Of a DNA stretch of 64,000 nt, positions 10,222 through 21,700 are shown piece after piece. Location: the NCBI GenBank assembly GCA_965224245.1, contig OZ245046.1, positions 64,001 through 128,000 on the forward strand. The letters run 5' to 3'. Position numbers and translations under genes: made by a program. A model generated the notes under the pieces. That model was not told the origin of the DNA. It was given only the letters and a program-made list of their open reading frames with translations, and searched no databases. The DNA is from Candidatus Eiseniibacteriota bacterium. GTDB lineage: Bacteria > Eisenbacteria > RBG-16-71-46 > CAZAMP01. The first letter of the stretch is position 1. The number at the start of each line of letters is the position of its first letter.

Positions 10222-12573
10222 ATGTCGACGACCGACTTCGGCTCGAGCGCCACGGACCCTCGACAGGTTCGACAGCTTCTCGTGCGGCTCGACGCCAGTG
10301 TGCCGCCCGACGAGATCGGTGCGGATGGTGCCGACCTCGACATCTTCGCCGAGGTCCTCGCGCGGCATCCCGATCTGACCATTCGCCAGTGCTTCCCGAG
10401 GTTCGTGCGACGGCTTCGCGTGCGCCACAAGGGCCATGTGCCTGCGCCGAGGGGTCAGCCGGAGCGAAGGCTCGATCTTTTCTTTCGCGTGACCGTGCCG
10501 GACCCGAGGATGGATCTGAACCGACTGCTCGCGGAGATCCGGGCAGAGAATGGGATATCGGACGTACGTCACATCATCCCGGCGTCGTCGAAACCGCCCG
10601 CGGCCGACTGCTCGGTGAGCGATCTACAGGGCTACCATCGTCGGAGCATCCATCATGGCATCGACACGTGCTATGCGTGGAACGTGACCTCCGATCCGCC
10701 GGGTTTGCCGAGCGGCGGGGGCGCCGGCGAACGGGTCGTCGTCTGCGTCGTGGACTTCGATTTCGGGACGGGTCACGTGAACGGCGCGGAGGTCACCACG
10801 ACGCTGGGTACCCCGACTGGAGGGAACAACAACTACGAGCGACACGGCTGCATGGCGCTCGGGGTTCTCGGGTCGCCCGGTAATGGTGACGAGGAGCTGC
10901 GCGGAATCTGTCCAGAGGCGACCCTGTGCTTCTCGTATGTCGAGGAAGAGACCTCGGGTCATCCACTGTCGGAACGTGCCGACGAGGCGATCGACCGTGC
11001 GCTCGAGCTCCTCGATGAGACCATGAGAACTGGGCTGGGAGCTGTGCTCGTCATCGAAGCGCAGCTGGACACGTTGAGCTCCGTCGAGGTGATCCCGCAC
11101 GGGGGCGGTCCGGAGATGCTGCCGGCGGAGGCGAACGTGCAGGTGTACAGCGCGCTGGCCACGGCCGCGTCGGAGGGAGTCACCGTGGTCGAGGCCGCGG
11201 GCAACGGGGACAAGGAGTTCGTGAAGATCGTCGACGGGGACACGGAGTACTGGGACCCGAACCCGGCTGACGGGACCTCGTCGGGTGCCATCATGGTGGG
11301 GGCCGGCCACGCCACCACTCACGAGTGCGTCTCACAGGGAAACTGGGGCCCGCGCGTGGACTGCCAGGGCTGGGGCCACAACGTCTTCGCGCCCGCCGTT
11401 CCCAGCGTCACCGGTGACGTATCGTTCGGCGACGCCGGATCCTACGATCCGAACTTCAACGGGACCTCGTCCGCGACCGCGATTGTCGGAGGCGTCGTCG
11501 CGGTGCTTCAGGGCGCGTTTCACGCGGTGAACGGTTCCTTTCTCGATCCGGCCGAGATTCGCGAGATGCTCCGGGACCCGAACCTCGGGCACCCGGACCC
11601 ACTGGACGAGATCGGTCCCCTGCCGGATCTGTATCGGCTTCTCTGCACGTCTCTCGGTATCTGTACCGATCTCTTCGTTCGCGACGATGACGAGGACACG
11701 GGTAGGCGTCCACTGGGCGCGACGACGCTGCCACCGGAACCGATCTTCTCCTTCGCCAGCCCGGACATCTTCGTCCAGCCGACCGAGATGGGCGTCGGCG
11801 GCGACTTCGAGGCGGGGGCCGCACACTCCGCCCGCAGCCACCCGCGTGTGAGCGGCGGCGAAAACCATGTCTACGCCCGTGTGATGAATCGAGGGCGAGG
11901 TGCCGACAGCGGTCGGCTGTCGATCTTCTGGTCCGAGCCCAGCTCGTTCCTGCATCCCCGATGGTTGAAGATCGCGGCGGAGCCCGGGTCGTTCCCCTGC
12001 ATCCGCCCCGGGAGCGAGTCGATCGTACACGTCCCCTGGGATGCACCGTTCGGGGATGCCGGCGAGCACTGCGCGCTCGTGGCCGTGGTGGAGCCGAGTC
12101 GTGGCGGTGTCGTCCACCTCGATGCCGCGATGACGACAGCCGAGTACCGTGACCTTCTCGTCAGCAGGAACGACGTGGGGATTCGCAACGTACATGTGGG
12201 GCACGTCGAGGGTGGTGACGTGTCGTTCCGGTATCACCTGCGCGGACAGCCCGAAGGCCCGGCGACCTTCAGGCTGAACTTCACGACGGACGTGCCGGCG
12301 GACGCGCTGGAACTCAAACCGGATACGACCGTGACGTTCGTCAGAGGCGACCGGGAGCTGAGGCTCACGTCGGAACGAGTCACGTCGTTGGATCTGGGCG
12401 ATGCCGAGGTTGATGTCGAGCTCGCCATGAACGCCGAAATCATCTTCGACCTCGTCGTGACGCTGCCCCGGACGGCACCTCCGGGTCAATACACCCTGAC
12501 GATCGATCAGTACCTCGGAGCACTTCAGCTGGGACGCTGCACCTACGTCATCGTGGTTCCGTCTGTCACCTGA
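10222..12573 (+). CDS. S8 (subtilisin-like) serine peptidase with C-terminal Ig/CARDB-like domains; no obvious signal peptide
   Basis: Catalytic motifs VVDFDF, HGCMALG and FNGTSSATAIVGG; oxyanion motif AAGNG; C-terminal FASPDIFV...NHVYARVMNRG; GGAGG RBS. Confidence 0.88.
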   Translation: MSTTDFGSSATDPRQVRQLLVRLDASVPPDEIGADGADLDIFAEVLARHPDLTIRQCFPRFVRRLRVRHKGHVPAPRGQPERRLDLFFRVTVPDPRMDLNRLLAEIRAENGISDVRHIIPASSKPPAADCSVSDLQGYHRRSIHHGIDTCYAWNVTSDPPGLPSGGGAGERVVVCVVDFDFGTGHVNGAEVTTTLGTPTGGNNNYERHGCMALGVLGSPGNGDEELRGICPEATLCFSYVEEETSGHPLSERADEAIDRALELLDETMRTGLGAVLVIEAQLDTLSSVEVIPHGGGPEMLPAEANVQVYSALATAASEGVTVVEAAGNGDKEFVKIVDGDTEYWDPNPADGTSSGAIMVGAGHATTHECVSQGNWGPRVDCQGWGHNVFAPAVPSVTGDVSFGDAGSYDPNFNGTSSATAIVGGVVAVLQGAFHAVNGSFLDPAEIREMLRDPNLGHPDPLDEIGPLPDLYRLLCTSLGICTDLFVRDDDEDTGRRPLGATTLPPEPIFSFASPDIFVQPTEMGVGGDFEAGAAHSARSHPRVSGGENHVYARVMNRGRGADSGRLSIFWSEPSSFLHPRWLKIAAEPGSFPCIRPGSESIVHVPWDAPFGDAGEHCALVAVVEPSRGGVVHLDAAMTTAEYRDLLVSRNDVGIRNVHVGHVEGGDVSFRYHLRGQPEGPATFRLNFTTDVPADALELKPDTTVTFVRGDRELRLTSERVTSLDLGDAEVDVELAMNAEIIFDLVVTLPRTAPPGQYTLTIDQYLGALQLGRCTYVIVVPSVT

Positions 12574-12587
12574 TCGGCAGCGGAGAG

Positions 12588-15449
12588 CTAGTCGAAGTTC
12601 CGGATCAGCACGAGATCGCGTGCGGTGGTGGCGTGTCGAAACGCGATCGTGTCGCGCGTCTCGAGCCAGACCATGTTGGCAATGTAGCCACTCGGGAAAG
12701 ACGCCAGCTCCACCGCCTCGCCGTCGGCGTGTTCTCCGTCGAAGGGCTGGACCCAGAGACCAATCCCGTTCTCGTGTCCGCGATCGATGATCAGGTACTG
12801 CCCGTCGGGGCTCCAGAAGTGCCAGTCGATCCACCCGTCGGTGAAGCGGGTCAGCGGACGAGGGTCGCCGCCGTCGAGCTGGATCCGGTAGACGTTCTCG
12901 CCGTCGAACTGCCTGGGTGTCTGGAAGCTGAGACCGGCCCCGTCCGGGGTCCAGCGAACGTTCAGCATGCCCGGTCGCGGCGGTGCGATCGTGTACAGGG
13001 GATCGCCTCCCTCCGCGGGTCGCACCATGTAGTGCCGGACCCAGCGTTCCCCGATCGGCCGGAGGGCGCTCGTCAGGATGAACCGCGAGTCCGGCGAGAA
13101 CATCACGACGCCGGCATCGGTCAGGCCGTCGGCGATGTGAGTCGGCTCTCCACCCTCGACGGGGAGTGACCAGACGGTGCCCTCCTCGCCCCGGAAGAGG
13201 AGCGTCTGTCCGTCGGGTGAGCGGCCGACGATGAACTCACCAGAACCGTTGGTGAGCTGCTGCCGGTTCTCTCCCTCGAAGTCCATCCGCCAGACGTGCG
13301 GGGTGAAGTCGTCCGCGATCCTCCGGAACACGATGGCGTCGCCGGCCGCGACGGCACCCCATTCGTGGCCGTCGACCGGGGAGAGCGACCGCAGATTCGA
13401 TCCGTCGGGCGACACTCGCGCCACCACGGAGGATTCCTCTCGAACCCAGTCGCCCAGGATGTCCCCGTTCGGCAGCGAGCTGAGGGGGAGGAGCCTGCCT
13501 CCACCGGCGAAGGAGAGCTGTCGCGCGGGGCTGGCTCCGTCGATCGGGGTCGTCCAGAGGCTCGACGACTCCGTTATGCGGATCGCCGCGATGGTGCTTC
13601 CGCCCTCGCCGACGGAGAGTGCCTGGTACTCGTTCAGGTCGTTCGTGATCCGCGTGAGGTCGCCCGTCTCGGTCTCGATGCGCCAGATCTGCGGCCGCTG
13701 AGACATGACCGCCCCGCCGGCGCAGACGAGGTGCTGCGCGTCGGGTAGCCACTCGATGTCGTCGATCACGAAGCCGCGGGGGAAGCGGATCCGGTCGGGC
13801 TCTCCTCCCTCGACGGGGAAGATCTCGAGGACGGTGTGGATCCCGCCTTCCGGGGTGGAGAACGTCCACGCGATGGACGTTCCGTCGGGTGACCACACCG
13901 GCGGGGTGATGACGAACGCGTCTCCGGTCTCGCCCCGCACGACCTCGGTCCCGTCGGATAGATCCGCGATGACGAGCTGGTTCCGACCCTGCTGGGGAAC
14001 GCCCCGCCGGAAGCACGCTCTCGATCCGTCAGGCGACATCGAGATGGGCGAGTCGACATCGAACAGGCGCTTCCGCGGCGTACCTCCCAGGGACGGGACC
14101 GAGAAGATGGCCGAGTAGTTCGGCGTGTCCGGATCGCGCCGCCTGAAGAACACGTAGCTTCCGTCGGGGCTGAACGAGACGCGGCCGATGTCGGGCTCGG
14201 GTCCGGCGATCCGGACCTGGCTCCCGGTGGCCACCTGACGGACCCACAGCTCCCTCCCGTCAGGAGACCCGCCGACGAACGCCAGGTAGCGACCGTCCGC
14301 GCTCAGCACCGGCGAGTCGATCCTCTCCGCGCTCAGCACGCTCGTCATGGTCATGGTCTGGAAAGGGCGTGACGTGTCGTCGGGGCTCTTGCTTCGCGTG
14401 AGGGACCACACTCCCACGGCGAGCCCCGCGATGCCCAGCGCCGCGATGGCGAGCACCGCGGTCACGGGGAGCCCCCGCCGAGTCGCCGGTGGTGGGGTGG
14501 CGAACGAGCTGGCGCTGCCGGAGCTGGCGAGCGTGTCGTACTCGTCGACGATGGCCTCCAGCTCGATCGCGATGTCCTTCATGGAGGTGGCCCGCCGGTC
14601 GGGAGATTTGGCGAGGCAGCGCTTGATCAGCCGGCGAACCGCGCTGGGCACCTCGGGCGAGACCTCCTCCACCGGTGCCGGCTGCTGATTCAGGATCTGG
14701 TGCATCGTCTCCACGTCGGTGTCCGCCTGAAACGGCCGGCGCCCGGTCGCCGCCTCGTAGAGGAGGCAGCCGAACGAGAAGATGTCCGAGCGGTGGTCCA
14801 CCGACTGCCCCCGCACCTGCTCGGGGCTCATGTAGCCGACGGTGCCCAGCACGACGCCCGCGCCGGTACGGTCAGCGGGCGCCGTCTCGGCCAGCGTGGT
14901 GTCGCCGTCCGCAATCGTCCGCTCGGTGAGCTTCGCGAGACCGAAGTCGAGCACCTTCGCGTATCCGTCGCGACTGATCATGATGTTGCTCGGCTTCAGG
15001 TCGCGATGCACGATTCCCAGCGCGTGGGCCTTGGCCAGTCCCTCGGCGACCTGCGCGAGGTGACCGAGCAGGGTGCGAAGGTCGGTTCTCTCGTGGTGGA
15101 TCTTCTCCTGCAGGGTCTGGCCCTGAATCAGCTCCATCGAGATGTAGTGTACCGGAGCCGACGCGTCGCTCCCGGTGTCGTCGTCGCCGGTCTCCACCGG
15201 GGCCTGACCGATCTCGTAGATCGCGACGATGTGAGGATGGCTCAGCGACGACGCGGACTTCGCCTCGGTGACGAAGCGGCGTACGCGCTCCTCGTTGCGA
15301 ACCAGCTCCGCCGGGAGGACCTTGAGTGCCACGTGTCGCTCGAGCGTCTCGTCCCTCGCGACGTAGACCTCGCCCATGCCGCCGGCACCGAGCTGACCGA
15401 CGACGCGATAGTGAGCGATCCGATCCTCTGGCTGGAGGGTGCGATTCAT
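12588..15449 (-). CDS. Membrane Ser/Thr protein kinase with TolB/PD40-like beta-propeller sensor (STK1)
   Basis: GAGGMGEVY, VALK, HRDLKPSN, DFGLAK, GTVGYMSPE; TM segment LPVTAVLAIAALGIAGLAVGVW; repeated SPDG motifs. Start set at MNRTLQP (15449). Confidence 0.93.
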   Translation of the reverse strand: MNRTLQPEDRIAHYRVVGQLGAGGMGEVYVARDETLERHVALKVLPAELVRNEERVRRFVTEAKSASSLSHPHIVAIYEIGQAPVETGDDDTGSDASAPVHYISMELIQGQTLQEKIHHERTDLRTLLGHLAQVAEGLAKAHALGIVHRDLKPSNIMISRDGYAKVLDFGLAKLTERTIADGDTTLAETAPADRTGAGVVLGTVGYMSPEQVRGQSVDHRSDIFSFGCLLYEAATGRRPFQADTDVETMHQILNQQPAPVEEVSPEVPSAVRRLIKRCLAKSPDRRATSMKDIAIELEAIVDEYDTLASSGSASSFATPPPATRRGLPVTAVLAIAALGIAGLAVGVWSLTRSKSPDDTSRPFQTMTMTSVLSAERIDSPVLSADGRYLAFVGGSPDGRELWVRQVATGSQVRIAGPEPDIGRVSFSPDGSYVFFRRRDPDTPNYSAIFSVPSLGGTPRKRLFDVDSPISMSPDGSRACFRRGVPQQGRNQLVIADLSDGTEVVRGETGDAFVITPPVWSPDGTSIAWTFSTPEGGIHTVLEIFPVEGGEPDRIRFPRGFVIDDIEWLPDAQHLVCAGGAVMSQRPQIWRIETETGDLTRITNDLNEYQALSVGEGGSTIAAIRITESSSLWTTPIDGASPARQLSFAGGGRLLPLSSLPNGDILGDWVREESSVVARVSPDGSNLRSLSPVDGHEWGAVAAGDAIVFRRIADDFTPHVWRMDFEGENRQQLTNGSGEFIVGRSPDGQTLLFRGEEGTVWSLPVEGGEPTHIADGLTDAGVVMFSPDSRFILTSALRPIGERWVRHYMVRPAEGGDPLYTIAPPRPGMLNVRWTPDGAGLSFQTPRQFDGENVYRIQLDGGDPRPLTRFTDGWIDWHFWSPDGQYLIIDRGHENGIGLWVQPFDGEHADGEAVELASFPSGYIANMVWLETRDTIAFRHATTARDLVLIRNFD

Positions 15450-15841
15450 GGGACTCCCTGGGTGGCGCAGACGAGCGTGGGCGGCGAGTGTAGGGGAGGG
15501 GTGGACACGTCGCAATCCTGCCGGCGTCGTGCGTGGCCATCGGAGGGACGGTTTCGCGGCGGGCCTGCGTCGCTCGGTCTGTAGTCGCAAGGTGTTATCT
15601 GCCAGCCTGATAGGGTCGTCTGACCGAATAGGTCGATCTCGTGACCGCGAAAACCGACTGCGGCGTGTCGTGTCCCGTCCCCGGAATCCGCGTTCGGTCT
15701 TCAGACGGGGCACGCGATCACAGGAACTCGCGGGTGACGACGGGAGCCGGGCCGGAGCCTCTCCGCGCGAAGCGCTCGGCGTGCAGGCCCCTCGTCGGCT
15801 ACGGCGTGCCCGATCGAACACTGTCTCTGCTGCGGAGGTGC

Positions 15842-18670
15842 ATGATGTGGGTCCTGGTCGTCCGCGCGTCCGGCTGGAGCGTCTTGCCGGCCCTTCTGGT
15901 CGGCTTCATGATTGGGAACGCCCGGGCGGAGCTCCTTTTCCCTGCCGAAGACGCTCCCAATCCCGACAACCGTGCCTCGTTCTCCCGAGTCGTGCGGGTG
16001 AGCCCGGATGCCATCGTCGATCTCGATGACGGCGCGCCCTTGTTCGATGCGGATGCGTCGACCACGGTCAGCCTTCGCGCCGATGGATCGGAGCGGCTCG
16101 AACTGCGTTTCCGCGGGTCTCCCCGGTGGCTGAACCACGTCGAGGTCGTCTCCGATGATCTCGACCTCGAGGTCCAGCTCCTGGATCTCACCGGCAAGTG
16201 GGTCACGTATGGCGAGCGCTCCGGTGGCGGTCGCGAGGTCGTGGTCGATGGACGGGACATGCGTGCGCAGGGGCTCCGCCTCTTGCCGTCGGTATCCGCC
16301 CGATCGGCCAGCACCGTCGCGATCTCGGAGGTGTTCGCCGATTTCCGGCAGGTCGATCCGGATCGGAGCGGCTCCTCCAGCGCGCGCGCCGGTGGTGGCA
16401 TCTACCACTACGACTGGGTCAACGATTACTCCGCCACCTCGGCGGGGAACCTGAGCAAGTGTGACGATGACGCCAGGGGGCTGCGCGACGAGCTCCCCGG
16501 GAGCTGGACGTACGGCGGGCACGGGAACAGCGGCGCCAAGGAGAACCATTTCAAGCGCACCGACATCGGCACCGGAGACAACCAGGATCACATAGACTGG
16601 GCCGACCTCTCCTACTACTCCGGTCACGGTAGCTCCAGCCGGTCCGACAGCTACTGGGGCCTCAACCTGAGCGCGTTCAGTCTGGGTACCTTCGTGGACG
16701 ATCGCTTCGTCGTGCCGAGCGACGGAAGAGCGGCCTGGGGCGATGGGAACATGGAGTGGCTGTGTGCGAGCGCCTGCAACATCCTGACCACGCTCTCCGA
16801 CAACTACTGGGCCAAGAACATGGATCGCCTCCACCTCATGTGTGGAGCACAGAGCACCATCGTCGACGCGGCGTACGGCGAACGCTTCGGGCGGAAGCTC
16901 GTCGACAACGGGCTGTTCGACTCCGCCTGGACGATCAAGAGCTCGTGGTGGGACTGCATGGATCACCACAACTCGTCCGGGCGGGTGGTCGTGATCGGGG
17001 AGACGAGCGCCGCGGGCGGAGACTACATCTGGGGTGAAGGATCGGTGATCTCCGACCCGACTCACGACAGCACGTTCTACCGCTGGACGAAGAGGCTCAC
17101 GGCTGCCACCGCACCCGAAGAGGACGTTCTGCAGGCTCACATCGTTCACGACCCCGAGCACTACCGGCGGTCCGAGAACCTGCGCGTGTTCTCGCCCAGG
17201 AGCGAGAACGGATTCACGGTGCGAATCGATCCGGCCCTTCTCGTCCAGGCTCGTGTGGCCGAGATGACCGTCTACGACGTGGTGCCATCGGGTATCGACG
17301 ACGACTACGTGAGGCAGGTCGCAGCCTCGATCTGTGCCGCAGAGGGGTTCTTGTGTGGTCTGGAGGACGTCGGCGCCGGCGATCTCGGGGAGCGGATCGC
17401 CACCATCGGCCCCCACGAGCTGCGCGTGAGGATCGCGAGCGGACGCTACGCCTATGCCAACACCGAGGAGTGGCTGGGGTGGCGGACGAACCCGGCCTCG
17501 CTTCCGAACGAGTCGCAGGCCCTGGATCGCGCGACCGCGATCGCCAGCGCCTGGCAGGGTGGGCAGCTGCCGGGTGCCCAGGTGAAGGGCATCGACTACG
17601 TCTTCCAGTCGGCGTTCGAGCTGTTCGCCGACGGCACGGAACAGGAGGACCCGGACAGCAGCCACGCCGTCGCCATCAACGTGAACTTCCAGCGGGAGCT
17701 GGGCGGGTTCTTGGTGGGTGGCGCGGGCGGTGTTGCCCGGATCTCTCTCGGTGACATGGGGAGGGTCCTGCGAGTCTCGCAGAATGGCTGGCGTCAGGTG
17801 ACGCCGGGTCCCACGGTTCCGACGATGCCCTTCACCGAGGCCATCGATGCGCTCACCGTCGAGGGCTGGGATGCCTGCATCCAGGGAGTCAAGTCGGATG
17901 CGGACGACATCGAGATCACGGCCTGGGAGCTGGGCTACTTCGAGGCTCCGGGATCCGTACCGGTGACTCAGATCCGTCCCTGCTTCATCCTCTACACCAT
18001 GATCGGGTCCGGTGACCCCGGCAGTGTCGTCCCCGCCGAGTTCTACGTCTGGGCGGAGCGCGTGCAGCCCCAGGGCACGATCCTGTCGCCACCCGACGGC
18101 ACGGAGATCGAGCCCGGGATGGAGGTCTGCTTCGCCGCTGCCGCCGTGCACGGCGTACCTCCGTACAGCTTCAGGTGGCTCGACACGGAGGGTGCGGTGA
18201 TCGGCGTCGGGGCCGAGGCCTGCGCCACGCTCATGCCTCCGCCGCCCGACGAAACCGGTCACGTGGATGATCGGGTGAGCATCGAGCTCGAGGTCCAGGA
18301 CGCCGCCGGACAGCAGAGCCACCGGTTCGTACAGATCGGCTTCGCGATGCCGCTATCGGTCGAGCCCTCGAGCACCCCTGCGATGGCCGTGCTCGAGCAG
18401 AATCGACCGAACCCGTTCCTGCCCTCGACGGAGATCTCGTTCGTGATCTCCGATGGAGCGAGCACGTCCGTACCCGTGAGACTCGTCGTGTACGACGTTG
18501 CCGGACGCGAGGTGCGCACGCTCGTCGACGAGCTCGCATCCCCCGGCCGACACACGCTGAGCTGGGATGCCCGGAACGACGCGGGCCACCGCGTCGAGGA
18601 GGGCGTCTACTTCTACCGGTTGCGGGCGGGAGACACGGACCTCGTGCGCAAGATGGTGATGGCGAGGTAG
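15842..18670 (+). CDS. Secreted DUF6345-like protein (putative His-Cys peptidase) with FlgD-Ig/T9SS-type CTD
   Basis: GGAGG RBS; signal peptide ending NARA; DWADLSYYSGHG...WGDGNMEWLCASACNIL...LHLMCG; CTD QNRPNPF...VYDVAGREVRTLV...GVYFYRL. Confidence 0.75.
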   Translation: MMWVLVVRASGWSVLPALLVGFMIGNARAELLFPAEDAPNPDNRASFSRVVRVSPDAIVDLDDGAPLFDADASTTVSLRADGSERLELRFRGSPRWLNHVEVVSDDLDLEVQLLDLTGKWVTYGERSGGGREVVVDGRDMRAQGLRLLPSVSARSASTVAISEVFADFRQVDPDRSGSSSARAGGGIYHYDWVNDYSATSAGNLSKCDDDARGLRDELPGSWTYGGHGNSGAKENHFKRTDIGTGDNQDHIDWADLSYYSGHGSSSRSDSYWGLNLSAFSLGTFVDDRFVVPSDGRAAWGDGNMEWLCASACNILTTLSDNYWAKNMDRLHLMCGAQSTIVDAAYGERFGRKLVDNGLFDSAWTIKSSWWDCMDHHNSSGRVVVIGETSAAGGDYIWGEGSVISDPTHDSTFYRWTKRLTAATAPEEDVLQAHIVHDPEHYRRSENLRVFSPRSENGFTVRIDPALLVQARVAEMTVYDVVPSGIDDDYVRQVAASICAAEGFLCGLEDVGAGDLGERIATIGPHELRVRIASGRYAYANTEEWLGWRTNPASLPNESQALDRATAIASAWQGGQLPGAQVKGIDYVFQSAFELFADGTEQEDPDSSHAVAINVNFQRELGGFLVGGAGGVARISLGDMGRVLRVSQNGWRQVTPGPTVPTMPFTEAIDALTVEGWDACIQGVKSDADDIEITAWELGYFEAPGSVPVTQIRPCFILYTMIGSGDPGSVVPAEFYVWAERVQPQGTILSPPDGTEIEPGMEVCFAAAAVHGVPPYSFRWLDTEGAVIGVGAEACATLMPPPPDETGHVDDRVSIELEVQDAAGQQSHRFVQIGFAMPLSVEPSSTPAMAVLEQNRPNPFLPSTEISFVISDGASTSVPVRLVVYDVAGREVRTLVDELASPGRHTLSWDARNDAGHRVEEGVYFYRLRAGDTDLVRKMVMAR

Positions 18671-18729
18671 CCGGCCGGCGTCCGCCGGGCGGCAGCATCG
18701 TCCTGACGGCGGGAAGATGCGATTGGAGC

Positions 18730-21700
18730 TCAGTCGTGCCCCGGCGATCGGGATGACCGGCCCGGGAGCGCGCCCCGCAACGTGGCGCGGGCGCGCTCTG
18801 CCAGCTCGGGGGCCACGCTCCCGACGAACGCGGAGAGCGACATCGCCGCCCCCGCCTCCTGCGCGCGCACCAGCGCGGACTCGCCGATCCGATCCCGGAT
18901 CGAGCGAACCCATCCGTCCTGGAGCTCCAGTGCGCGAGGGGTCCTCGGAAGGTGGAGGTCCTCGTAGGCTCGATCCAGGGCACTCCAGTAGAGCGCGGCA
19001 CGCGTCGGATCCCCCAGCTCGGTCTCCGTGGCACAGTACTCGAAGAGGATCGCAAGCACACGACCCGGATGGCTCATCTCCACCGCGACGGTCAGCCCCT
19101 CGCGGTGGGTGCCTGCCGAGGACTCGTAGCGCCCCAGGCGTCTGTACGTCGCGGCGACGTTGATGAGCACCGTGAAGCGACCGACGGGGTCATCGAACTC
19201 CTGGAAGATGGCACCCGCACCCTGCATGGGACCCAGGGCCGCCTCCAGCTCACCCCGGAAGCCGAGATTGCGTCCGATCGAGAGCAACGCCCGGGCCTCG
19301 CCGGGACGATCCTGCGCGCGACGGTGAAGGGTCAACGACTCTTTCCACAGCACGTGTGCTTCCTCGTGCTCCTGGGCGAGCGTGAGTGCGGAGGCGAGGC
19401 TGTGAAGGGTCCGTGCGAGCTCGGCATCCTGCTGTTCGTGACGGAAGATCCGTGCCGCCTCGCGGAGCTCCTCGATGGCCCGCTCGTTCTCGGCGCGGAA
19501 GTGATCGCAGATCCCCGAGCGACGCAGGACGGTTCCCAGCAGCACCGGCTCGCCGATCCTGCGCGCGCGTGCGAGCGCCTCGTCCAGCATGGGGCGAGCC
19601 ACGTCGAAGCGTTGCAGCTCCGTGGCCAGGGTGGCCGTTCCGGCCAGGACCTCCACGTACAGTGCTTCTCGAGTCGAGCGGTCGTCCGGACGAAATGCCT
19701 CCAGGATCGGGGTCAGGAGCCGCAGCCCCTCACTCCAGCGGCCCCGAGGTCCCCAGTACCCGAGCAGGTTCGCGCATAGCCGCAGGGCATCTCCACTCAC
19801 CTCGAGGTCGAGGACGCGCTGCAAGGCGTGCTCGATGGTCGCGTACTCGGCGGCCACCGTCCGGAACCACCGATCGTCGCTGATCGAGGCCGGCGGCTCG
19901 GTCCATCGGGCGAGCGTGCGGACGAGGCGTTCGTACACGGTGTGGCAGTCGGGATGCGTCTCCAGGCGATGCACCGCGTACTCACGCACGGTATCGAGGA
20001 GTCGATACCGCACGCTCGCGTCGGGACCGGGAAGGGTGGTGACCAGCGACGCCTCCACCAGCCGGAGCAGATGACCCGCAACATCGGAGTCCGGCAGATC
20101 GCCTCCGGCGCACACGTCGCGCGCCATCGGCAGCGACCAGCTGCCCCGCAGAGCGGCGAGCCGGGTGAACAGCTCCTGCTCCGCGGGCGACAACAGCTCG
20201 AAGCTCCATGCCACGAGCTTGCGTAGGGATTGATGACGCGTCGGCCGCCGCCGCACCGCCCGGGCCGACGGACCGGGATCGATGACCAGCGCCGGGATCT
20301 GCTCGAAGTCGACAATCCCCACATGCGCGGCCGCGAGCTCGATGGCCAGGGGCAGTCCATCGAGTGCATGGCACAACGCCACGACTCGTTCGGGGGACAT
20401 GGCGTCGAGGAAGTCGCCGCGACCTCGCGCCGCCACGCGGTCGCGCAGGAGTGCCACGGCAGCGTCCTCAGTGCCATCGGCCTGTTCACCCAGCAATGGG
20501 CCGATCTCGATTCTCCGCTCGTCCGCGACGCCCAGTGGCCGGCGACTCGTGGCGAGGATGGTCACCGCTTGCGTACGGGACAGCAGATCTTCCACCAGAT
20601 CCGACACGGGCCGGACGACGTGCTCGCAGCTGTCGAGGACGAGGAGCGATCTCGCACCAGCCATCGCGGATAGCACGGTCTCCTCGGGACGACGACCCGG
20701 CTGCTCCTCGATCCCGACCGTGAGACAGATCGCCGCCGCCACCTGTCCCGCATCCACGGCAGATAGATCGATGAGCCAGGTGCCCTCGGGATACTGATCA
20801 CGCAGCTCGACCGCCGCCTCGATGGCGGTGCGCGTCTTCCCGGCACCTCCATGCCCCGTCAACGTGACGAGTCGCGACTGCTCCAGCGCATCGAGGACAT
20901 CGCGCATCGTGCGCTGACGACCGATGAACCGGAGTCCCTGACTCGTCACGTTTCCCAGCACGGCACCGGGGTGCGAGACGGACACGCCGAGAGCGGTCGC
21001 TCGCAGCCGCAGAAGCTCTTCCTCGAGTCGGTGGCGGATCACCCGTGCGTCCGTCGGGCGCTCCTCGGGTCTCCTGGACAGGGACGCGCGCGTGATGGCC
21101 TCGAGTTCCGCGCACTCGCCCGGGAGTGCGTCGAACGCGATGGGGCCGGTCAGCGTGCCGTCGCGGATCTCGCTCCAGGTCCGTCCGCTGATGGCCGGCC
21201 GTGACGTCAGGCACTCGAATAGAATGCAGCCCAGTGCCCACAGATCACCGGCCGGTCCGGCCGCGGCTCCGGCGAAGACCTCGGGGCTCACGTAGCCCGG
21301 CGTTCCCGAGACGCGGGTCGATGTGACGCGCGGGGCCGCCGGATCCGTTGCGAGCCCGAAGTCGAGCACCTTCAACGTGCCACCGGACGTGAGCATCACG
21401 TTTCCCGGCTTGAGATCTCGGTGCACGATGCCCCGTGCGTGTGCGGCCTCGAGCGCGGAAGCGATCTGCATGCCGATCCGACACGTCTGCTCCGACCCCA
21501 GAGCGCCCCGGCGGAGCGCTTTCTGGAGCGTCTCACCCGGCACGAGCTCCATGGTCAGGAATACGGTTCCGTCCGATTCCTCCAGCGTGTGGAGCGTGGC
21601 GAGGTTCGCGTGGACAATCGACGCCTGCGCGCGTGCTTCCTTGCGAAGCCGTTCGCGGCGCTCGGGGTCGGCGGCGATGTGAGGGGCCAGCGTCTTGATG

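Noticed and set aside
15450-15821. N-terminal extensions in the ORF track (STK1 to 15821; also STK6 to 52904, peroxiredoxin from 42507, tyrosinase to 59122, beta-helix gene from 24605)
   Set aside because: The extensions are low-complexity, overlap other genes or promoters, and lack an RBS; downstream starts fit the homology better.
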